A stretch of DNA of 64,000 bases, taken from positions 4,702 through 68,701 of the forward strand of contig JAUWZD010000007.1 in the NCBI GenBank assembly GCA_030615505.1, given 5' to 3'. Positions 56,961 to 64,000 of the stretch are shown here, one piece after another. The notes beneath the pieces were generated by a model that made no database searches, had not been told where the DNA came from, and saw only the letters and a list, made by a program, of their open reading frames with translations. The stretch's first letter is position 1; each line of letters opens with the position of its first letter. Both the position numbers and the translations under genes were made by a program. This stretch comes from Spirochaetales bacterium (GTDB lineage Bacteria > Spirochaetota > Spirochaetia > SZUA-6 > DRHE01).

Positions 56961-59355
56961 TAATACATAATTTTCGGCTATTAAAAATATAGCTTGACAA
57001 TAATTGAAAAGCATTATATGATTCTCTTAGGTTCAAGAAAAAGGACCTTCTGGGAGGGATCATATATGCAAACTCATCTTGGCAAAACTGATATTCCGCA
57101 ATGGATTCAAAAGATCTCCGAATCTAAATTGTCTGTTCCTGAGTACTTTAGCAATAACAAAGTTCCTTTTAGCCAAGCTCAGTATTATCGGTACAAAAAG
57201 CGAATAGATCAGGAGGGTACCGAATCACTGGAAGATCAGCGAGCGAAGGGGAATAATCGTCGTATCACCGCTGAGATAGAGGGGTATCTGAAGGGGTATG
57301 TTTCCGGAAAGCCGGAGTCTAGCCTATCGGAGATAAAGGAGGTATTGAAAGAGCGGTTTGCCATTGATCTTTCAGAGGCTGGGATAAGCCGATGCTTAAA
57401 ACGCCTTGGATGTAGTCGAAAAGATAAACCGAGGCAAGAGAAAGTTAAACGAACATACACGGTATGTGGAGGCTTCGAGCTTATTAGTGCACTGGCTTGT
57501 CATATGGGCTGGCCGCAAGCTGTTTCGGTCATTATCAAGAAACGAATACAGCAGATAAAAAGAAGTAAGCTCTGGGATAAGAATAATCCTGAAGACAAAA
57601 AGCTTGGACGAAACAAGCAGGGCCAATTCACATCAAGATACAACCGGCGCCGTGAAGTCCGGGAGAGACGATTTGAGTCGATAGAGAACAAAAGAGAAGA
57701 GAACAACTTTCGCAGCATGAGTATAAGTACAGCAAGTCCACCAGTGATAGCCCGCAAGAGTTTAGCGATGCTCGCTTTACCTGTTGTCACCAACAATGGG
57801 ATGATACGTTCTGTGGATACGCCTCTGGGTGATGCCCTTCGCTGTGTATGCGGATTTAATTACAAGCAGTCTACACTTACCAAGTTCATGGCGGAGTTGA
57901 AGTATCTTGGGGTAGCGGAGTATCTGTTACGCAACCAGGTAGAGTTCTGGCAGAAGTTCTGGCAGAAACATCCTATCGGCAAGATGGAGTTACCTGTGCT
58001 TTGCTACTACATAGATGGAAACACAAAGGCCCTCTGGTCCAAAAAGCGTGTGAAGAAAAATAAAGTCACGATGCTGGGACGGGTGATGGGATGTATGGAA
58101 ACAGTGTTTGTGCACGATAATTTCGGCAGACCCATCTATTTTGAGACTTATTCCGGGCATGCACCGGTAGGAGAGTACATATTGAGTCTTTTCCAAAAAA
58201 TAGAAAAGGCTCTTGAAGGTCCTGGAAGCGAATTACCGGTCAACCGGGCTATTGTGATGGATGCAGCAAATAACAGTGTTCGTACCCTTCGGGCATTTGC
58301 TGCGCAAGATAAGTATCACTACATCACCTCATTAGACGACAACCAATGGAATCCGCGAAATATACGCGCTGAAGGCAAGCCACAACGGTATCACTATGGC
58401 GAAGCAACCCTGAGTGATTGTGAGATTGAATTAAAGGATTCCCAAGATGAAGGATATCTCATCACCAGCCGGGCAATCAAGATAGAATGGGACTATGGTA
58501 AACGCACAGTTATTTTAACAAGCCTTGATCCATCCATTGTGGGAGCAAGTGAAGTTGTAAAAGCGTACTTTGACCGCTGGCCGGATGAGGAACTTCAGTT
58601 TCGCTCGATGAAGAAAGTCGCCTGTTTGAATCGAGTTACAGGATATGGCAAGCAACAGCAGGAGGACAGAAATGTGCTGGAAAAACAAAAGGAGCTTCAA
58701 AGAAAGATCAGCACTTTGAAAAAAACACTGGCTGAACTTTTTCCCCCCATTGGGGAGCAAGAAGCTGCAATTGCCAGGTTAGTGAAAGATGAGCGGAAAC
58801 TCAGAGAAATCAGCCGAATTGAAAAGGGGCAGCGCATCTTGCCTCAAAAGGAGCATGAGAGATTTCAAGAGATTGTCCGTGAAATAGCCCAAAAACAGCG
58901 CGCAATAAAAAAGATCATGGAACCGCAGAAACATGAGTTTAAGAGGCTTCGCAAGTGGGAACGTGAATGGTTACGACTGCAAGGCAAAGAAAAAGTATAC
59001 AGCGTAGATGTTGAATTGGATGAAATCATGACTTTTTATCGAGTGGGTTTGGTTAATATGTATAGTTACCTCTCATATGAGCTTTTTGGTAAAAGTTCCA
59101 TATCGATGAATAGGCTTGTTCACTCAATACTGCACCTACCGGCTCTTGTGGAAGAGACGAAGGAGATGAAAAGAGTGAGGCTAAAGTATAATGGAAAGGA
59201 TCCTGAGATGATGGAAAATCTACAGGAGGCGATTGGCAAAATAAACGATCTTGGACTAAAAGAACTAAACGGGAAAACCGTAGAGTTTAATATCGGAGAT
59301 ATTGATTCTCATTTATTTTCAAATAATTAGCTAATAGCCGAAAATTATGTAATAT
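56961..59355. mobile_element. IS4/IS1634-like insertion sequence with ~23-bp terminal inverted repeats (1 mismatch) and an intact 778-aa transposase ORF
   Basis: Left end taatacataattttcggctatta (56961..56983). Right end taatagccgaaaattatgtatta as reverse complement (59333..59355), 1 mismatch. Confidence 0.7.
56994..59330 (+). CDS. DDE transposase, IS4-superfamily type (N-terminal HTH, long C-terminal coiled-coil)
   Basis: LCYYIDGNTKALW (D1), AIVMDAANNSV (D2), YFDRWPDEELQFRSMKK (Y-x2-R-x3-E-x6-K, the IS4 YREK signature). Confidence 0.75.
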   Translation: MTIIEKHYMILLGSRKRTFWEGSYMQTHLGKTDIPQWIQKISESKLSVPEYFSNNKVPFSQAQYYRYKKRIDQEGTESLEDQRAKGNNRRITAEIEGYLKGYVSGKPESSLSEIKEVLKERFAIDLSEAGISRCLKRLGCSRKDKPRQEKVKRTYTVCGGFELISALACHMGWPQAVSVIIKKRIQQIKRSKLWDKNNPEDKKLGRNKQGQFTSRYNRRREVRERRFESIENKREENNFRSMSISTASPPVIARKSLAMLALPVVTNNGMIRSVDTPLGDALRCVCGFNYKQSTLTKFMAELKYLGVAEYLLRNQVEFWQKFWQKHPIGKMELPVLCYYIDGNTKALWSKKRVKKNKVTMLGRVMGCMETVFVHDNFGRPIYFETYSGHAPVGEYILSLFQKIEKALEGPGSELPVNRAIVMDAANNSVRTLRAFAAQDKYHYITSLDDNQWNPRNIRAEGKPQRYHYGEATLSDCEIELKDSQDEGYLITSRAIKIEWDYGKRTVILTSLDPSIVGASEVVKAYFDRWPDEELQFRSMKKVACLNRVTGYGKQQQEDRNVLEKQKELQRKISTLKKTLAELFPPIGEQEAAIARLVKDERKLREISRIEKGQRILPQKEHERFQEIVREIAQKQRAIKKIMEPQKHEFKRLRKWEREWLRLQGKEKVYSVDVELDEIMTFYRVGLVNMYSYLSYELFGKSSISMNRLVHSILHLPALVEETKEMKRVRLKYNGKDPEMMENLQEAIGKINDLGLKELNGKTVEFNIGDIDSHLFSNN

Positions 59356-59632
59356 ATAATTACCCTCTCATTTTTGCGTCCTACGCGAGAAAATTGCGAG
59401 CAATTAACTGTTGAACATAAAAATATACCTTCTTCTCATCGAGAAGTTTTTACGAGTTAATAAATCTGGCTGAGACCTTTGCACAATTGTTGATACCTAA
59501 AACCTACTTTAAAAGAAACTTGACAAAATAAAAGAGCAAAAATCGAAATTTGTCATATTTTCCCCTTGCAAAACAAACAGATTTTGAGATACTAACTGTT
59601 AGTAGTAATAACAAACAGTTAGGAGGGGACTG

Positions 59633-59937
59633 GGGAGTTCGAAAAAGAAAAGATCAAAATCATCGATAAGATTCATTCCTTGGACAACGTCATTCGAGGA
59701 TCTGTGTTTGAATACAAGCGGTATTGTGGTAAATCGAGCTGTAATTGTGCCAGAATGAAGAAACCACATAAGTCGATGTTTTTGTCCTTCAAGTACCAGG
59801 GCAAAACCCGATTAATACCTATCAAAAAAGAGCAGATCCCGCAAATTAAAAAGCGAATCAAGGATTACAAGGAATTAAAAGCCGCCATCGATGAATTGGC
59901 CCGAATTAATGCCGAGTTGCTTAGAAGCGAAGAGTGA
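59633..59937 (+). CDS. Small basic Cys-containing protein preceding the transposase fragment (possible IS accessory/OrfA-like protein); start uncertain
   Basis: ...YKRYCGKSSCNCARMKKPHK... Overlaps the next ORF by 4 nt. No recognisable family. Confidence 0.3.
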
Positions 59938-61090
59938 GGGTCATTATGGGAGGAGATCAAGTAATCTACCGGGATGAGAAGGTAGAGGTTTTCCGGCAGG
60001 AAGAGGATCTGCTGTTAACTTTCAAGCAACCCCATATGTTGCGGATCCATTCCAGGGATCGGCAGGCCATCGATGATGAAGTGATCCGTATGCTGAAGAT
60101 GCGTAATCCAGAGGGGCAGAAGTATTTTGTCCAGGAAGAAGTGGGAAGGATCATCGGGGTATCGCGACAGATGATCAACCGGCGCTGGCAGGTGTACAAG
60201 AAAGAGGGCTTGCTTGCGCTGTTGGCCGGAGAGTGGGAGAAATCTAAGATCACACCGGCACTCTTAGACAGGCTGGCAGAGATCGTTGTGGAGAATCCAT
60301 TCCTGTTCGAGCAAGAAATCAAAGAGCGTCTTCAGGAAGAAGGGTTCTGTACAGAGATATCAAATGCCACGCTCTACAGCGCCTTAAAACAAATGGACGG
60401 CAGGAAACTGATCATGCTCATGCGTAAGAAAGCCAGTAAGATCGTGCCGGAGGCTTTTATGGAAGCAAGCTACATGATCGAGAGGTTGTTCGGGATCATC
60501 GATGATCTGTTTACCAAGGTGCCCAAAGAAGCAATAGACCACGCTATAAAGCAGGGATTAGAGTACTTGAGGTCATATTTCAGACAGACAACCCATAATA
60601 GAGCAGGACCCACCGAGAAAGACAAATACAGGCAGAGGAAAAAGCTTAAGCGTGACAAGAAGAGAAAGATTAGGTTTTTGAAATATCTATTGGCAGGAAT
60701 TATGGGAGTCCATGAATGCCCCGACTGCCATAGTCCCAATATCAAGTTCCACTCCAAGCGAGAGCGTGGATACACCGATAGATGGGGTGAGAAGATACAA
60801 TCCCATTCAATAGCTTATCAGTGTTTGAACCGGAAATGTAAGACAAAGTATTTCACCCGCCCACCTGACGGGGTTGAGCTGTATTCCCGGGTTCATCGGG
60901 AGGTAAAGAAGATGATGCTAAGATTGAGCTTTCACCTTCGGGGCTCCTTATGCAGGGTTCGCGACGAACTGAAGGAACATGGGATTGACGTGTCTTTGAC
61001 CACCGTGCTCCGATGGATCAAAAAAGCTGGAGAAGAATGTGTGAAAATGGGTATCCACTTCCTTCTCGTAGGCACAAGATGTAGTATAGA
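59934..61090 (+). pseudogene. N-terminal portion (HTH plus zinc-ribbon) of a transposase gene interrupted by insertion of a degenerate IS1595 copy
   Basis: HTH-like IIGVSRQMINRRWQVYKKEGL, zinc ribbon CPDCHSPNIKF...CLNRKCKTKYF. The reading frame then runs into the inserted ISXO2-like sequence (~61094). Confidence 0.45.
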
Positions 61091-61093
61091 GAG

Positions 61094-61932
61094 GTGTTTG
61101 AGAAAGAAGAGCGCTATCCCGTCGGAGGGGTGGACTACCCGAGGACGTTACAGGAATATGAGGAGTGGTTTTCCTCGGAAGCCGCTTGCATCGACTACTT
61201 GCGGCGTGTCAGATGGTCCGGAGGATTCAAGTGCCCTGGATGTGGTGGAAATTCTGCTTGGGCCACTTACAGGGGGCACCTGAGGTGCAAGAAGTGCCAG
61301 CGTCAGACGTCCGTAACGGCGGGTACCAGACGGCATGGGCCTGGCTTCACAAGCTTCGTCGTGCCATGATCCGACCTGGCAGGGACCGTCTCTCTGGTGA
61401 GGTTGAGGTGGACGAGACATACTTCGGGGGCGTGGAGGCCGGCGTTTCGGGGCGAGAGACCGAGACGAAATCGATAGTCATGATCGCGGCGGAGGTTCAG
61501 GGCCGCGGCATCGGACGTATTCGCATGGCTCGTGTGGAGGACGTTTCCGCCGAAAGCCTTATTCCTTTCATTCAGTCGACCGTGCACGAAGGGAGTATAG
61601 TGCGTACGGACGGCTGGAGGTCCTACAACGGACTGAAGAAAGTTGGATACGACCACCGGCTAAAGTCCATCTCCGGTAGTGGCGATCCTGCCCACGTAGT
61701 TATGCCTCGTGTCCACCGTGTGTCGGCCCTCCTCGACCGGTGGTGGCTGGGAATTTATCAGGGAGGCATCAGCGCCAGGCACCTGGATTATTACCTGGAC
61801 GAGTTCACGTTCCGCTTCAATCGGCGCGGTTCGCGGGCTCGCGGTATGTTATTCTATCGTCTTGTTCAACAGGCTTTGCAAGTGGATCCAGCACCATACA
61901 AACGCCTTGTCAAGGGTAAAGAAAAGGAGTGA
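61094..61932 (+). pseudogene. Degenerate IS1595-family (ISXO2-like) transposase gene: internal ~40-codon deletion/frameshift splits it into 61094..61369 and 61165..61932
   Basis: N-terminus CIDYLRRVRWSGGFKCPGCGG...CKKCQRQTSVTAGT (zinc ribbon). Second frame ...AWLHKLRRAMIRPGRDRLSGEVEVDETYFGG...TDGWRSYNGL...YYLDEFTFRFNRR. Compare the intact copy at 26543..27517. GC-rich, unlike that copy. Confidence 0.75.
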
Positions 61933-62762
61933 TACAAGATGTTGTGGTCACGAGAGCGAAGTGGATACCCAATTGTGTGAATACTTTGAGTCTTTCCAGG
62001 CGGGAAGACTGGAAACAGCCGCTTTGTATCGATGAGAAGTGGATCAAAATCAGGAATCGATGGTGCTATGTGTTCACTGCCGTAGGAGCCACCGTAGGGG
62101 ATCTATTGGCAGTGGAGCTGTTTTTTCACAAAGACAAGCAGGCCATGAGGACCTTTCTTTACCAGCTGAAAGCCTTTGGATTTCGTCCAGAATCGATCAC
62201 CACAGATCTATTGATGGGCTATGAGTCGGTTGTGAAGAAAGTATTCCCGGATTGTCTTTTTATGCAGTGTGTTCTACATGCTGGCCGGGATGCCAAACGT
62301 ATTGTCAGGACCACTCTACCGGCTGAGGAAGATGAGGAGTGGAAGAAGAGGTTGACCAAGCGTATCGGAACCTTATTTAAAAGTAAGAATATAAAACAGG
62401 CTAAAAAGCGGTATTTCAAGATCATGCGTTTGAGAGATCAAGCGCCTGATGCGGTTTCAGGGGTTTTTGATATGTTGGAGAAGTATTACCCAAAACTCCG
62501 CCTCTCGCTTCTTCGAAAGGATATCCCCAGTACCACCAATCCGGTAGAGAGAGCGATTGGAGAGTTTGAAGAACGCTACCAGCTTACTAAAGGCTTCACT
62601 TCCTTCTTTTATGCTCAGTTCTTCATCAAAGCCTACCAAATCTATTATCGACTCAGAAAGATAAGCTTTGGGCGTTTCCAAGGTAAAAGTCGTTTGGAGC
62701 TAAAGGGAAACCCCGCCGGGAAATTGAGCTTTGCCGATTTCCTGACCCCTACCTTCTGTTGA
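61929..62762 (+). pseudogene. C-terminal DDE catalytic portion of the interrupted transposase (IS6/IS240-like DDE pattern); true 5' boundary inside the IS1595 remnant
   Basis: CIDEKWIKIRNRWCYVFTAV (D), ESITTDLLMGY (D), TNPVERAIGEFEERY (E), resembling the IS6/IS240 DDE_Tnp layout. Confidence 0.5.
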
Positions 62763-62873
62763 TTTTGTCAAGTTTCTAAGCGCCAACAATTTTGCAAAGG
62801 TCTCTTTTAATAAAGTAGAAAAAGTTAGTAATAATAACTTGACTAATATATCTGATAATACAATAATGAAAGT

Positions 62874-63086
62874 ATGAAAATAACTGTAGAGATATCAGAA
62901 AAAGAATTAATAGAAATCCAATTATATTCAGGAGAAAAACGTAAAGGACCTGCTGTTCGCAAACTGGCATTGGAATCTCTTCAATTAAAAAAGCGCCGTG
63001 CCATGAGTGATAAAATAATGTCAGGTGAATGGAATATAGACTTCCCCGCATCAGTCGGCAAACAAGAGGACCGCTCATCTTGGTAA
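62874..63086 (+). CDS. Putative VapB-type antitoxin (70 aa) immediately upstream of the PIN toxin
   Basis: Small ORF MKITVEISEKELIEIQLYSGEKRKGPAVRKLALESLQLKKRR... ending where the PIN ORF begins. Classic toxin-antitoxin arrangement. Confidence 0.45.
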   Translation: MKITVEISEKELIEIQLYSGEKRKGPAVRKLALESLQLKKRRAMSDKIMSGEWNIDFPASVGKQEDRSSW

Positions 63087-63484
63087 TTGATACATCTATT
63101 TGGGTTGATTATTTTCGTTCCAAAACACCGAATCATGTAAAACATCTGGCCGATAGACTGATAAATAGCCCTGGTGTCTGGATGTGCGAACCAATCCACT
63201 TTGAGCTTCTTAGATCAACACCTGTAGAAATGCACAGTGAATTGGAATCATACTTTTCCACTTTCCCTGTTCTACCGACACCGGGTGATCTCTGGTTAAA
63301 AGCAACATACCTTGGACAGAAATGTCAGGAGATAGGTTTCAATCCGCGGCCTTTAGATATTCTGATTGCACAGATTTGTCTTACTCACAATACTGTTCTG
63401 GCCACTTTTGATGCTGATTTTAATAAAATTGCATCGGTTTGTAATCTGCAGGTCAATTACTTTGATCGATTATCCCTACCGTAA
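63029..63484 (+). CDS. vapC: PIN-domain toxin VapC; true start probably near 63080, as the ORF-track start overlaps the antitoxin
   Basis: LILVIDTSIWVDYF (first PIN acidic residue), ...MCEPIHFELLRS..., LATFDADF (C-terminal D). Confidence 0.75.
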   Translation: MEYRLPRISRQTRGPLILVIDTSIWVDYFRSKTPNHVKHLADRLINSPGVWMCEPIHFELLRSTPVEMHSELESYFSTFPVLPTPGDLWLKATYLGQKCQEIGFNPRPLDILIAQICLTHNTVLATFDADFNKIASVCNLQVNYFDRLSLP

Positions 63485-63695
63485 TTGATTGACTATAGTT
63501 TTATAAAAATTAGGCGATCCATCCTCACTTCTTCCTGTCACGGTACCTTTTATTCTTCATGATATTTAACCATAAAGAATATAACAAGTATCCTGCTGTG
63601 GCACAGAGTATCCCGATCAGCAGCAAGGTTCCTGTCTTCATTTTAATTACTCCTTTCCCGTTAGTGTGCGGAAGCCTTTCCTTTCGTCGAATGAC

Positions 63696-64000
63696 CTAAA
63701 TCAGGCGGTGCAGGGCTTCTAAATGCTCCTCAAACTCCGATCCTGAAAAGCAGAACTTGAGCTCCTGAAATCTTTTCCTGAAACTTGTGACTTCCCCTTT
63801 CACCTGCTTGCCTTCCACCACCACATCGCGGATGAATTGGGTCAGGGTTTTAAAATCTTCTTCTTCCATACCGAACCGGGTCATTTCCGAAACCCCTAAC
63901 CTCAATGAGCCTGATGCGGTAAATCCCTCCTCCTGGGGAGATGCCTGAAAATTGACAATGATATTGTTCTCTTCAAGAGAGTTGTTGCATAATCCTAACT
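63696..64000 (-). CDS. glyA: Serine hydroxymethyltransferase (GlyA) C-terminal part; partial, continues beyond the window end
   Basis: The ORF extends in-frame to the window edge: ...EENNIIVNFQASPQEEGFTASGSLRLGVSEMTRFGMEEEDFKTLTQFIRDVV. Compare E. coli GlyA ...[35 protein letters not shown]. Confidence 0.6.
   Translation of the reverse strand, partial: LGLCNNSLEENNIIVNFQASPQEEGFTASGSLRLGVSEMTRFGMEEEDFKTLTQFIRDVVVEGKQVKGEVTSFRKRFQELKFCFSGSEFEEHLEALHRLI

Noticed and set aside
1-64000. Searched for CRISPR arrays (regularly spaced direct repeats)
   Set aside because: None seen. The only notable non-IS direct repeats are the two tatC 5' copies.

Overview
This 64-kb window appears to come from an anaerobic, selenium-using bacterium. 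Gene content (HdrL-type large HdrA paralogs, MvhD, a periplasmic Sec-containing formate dehydrogenase with an NrfD-type subunit) suggests a sulfate-reducer or syntroph-like Desulfobacterota, but I cannot confirm taxonomy from sequence alone.

Layout, left to right:
1. A histidine kinase / response regulator pair (partial at the window start) and a polyprenyl synthase.
2. A ~22-kb co-directional minus-strand operon (3326..25505) of about 20 tightly packed or overlapping genes for flavin-based electron-bifurcation-type proteins. It holds three HdrA/HdrL-like genes (two 1009-aa HdrL paralogs plus one split copy), HdrB, HdrC, an HdrC-like protein, 2x MvhD, 2x FrhB/FdhB-like proteins, an AsrA/AsrB-like (sulfhydrogenase beta/gamma-like) pair, a NuoE/NuoF/NuoG-N-terminus-like NADH module, and an embedded CBS/DRTGG/GHKL-ATPase/PHP regulatory cassette of the kind seen in bifurcating [FeFe]-hydrogenase loci.
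3. tatC.
4. A ~10.6-kb mosaic block bounded by 205-bp direct repeats of the tatC 5' end. It carries an IS1595 element, a spermidine-synthase-like pseudogene, a NosR-like membrane flavoprotein, an XdhC pair, a selenoprotein selD (in-frame UGA), copper-gene fragments, a truncated HisKA_2 kinase and an IS91-like remnant.
5. selB, selA and tRNA-Sec.
6. tatA, two radical SAM genes and a second tatA.
7. A UbiA/MenA-like gene, fdhE, an NrfD-like membrane gene, fdhB and a Tat-exported fdhA with an in-frame UGA (Sec).
8. A GAF histidine kinase.
9. An accessory, IS-rich region containing an hsdR fragment, toxin-antitoxin remnants, an integrase fragment, a CooC-like ATPase, fdhD, a frameshifted mobA, an IS4-like element with 23-bp inverted repeats (one mismatch) and an intact 778-aa transposase ORF, a transposase gene interrupted by a degenerate IS1595 copy, and vapBC.
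10. A partial glyA at the window end.

The most unusual point is a domain reshuffle in the third HdrA copy. Its N-terminal FAD-binding segment is fused to a NuoE-like domain, and the rest is fused to a NuoG/HydA-N-terminus-like Fe-S domain. With the NuoF gene and the hydrogenase-type regulatory cassette between them, this looks like a HydABC-style NADH module in which HdrA replaces the H-cluster domain.

All function calls are by motif recognition from the translated ORFs; no database search was possible. Coordinates I derived by hand (IS ends, repeat ends, tRNA ends, alternative starts) may be off by a few bases.
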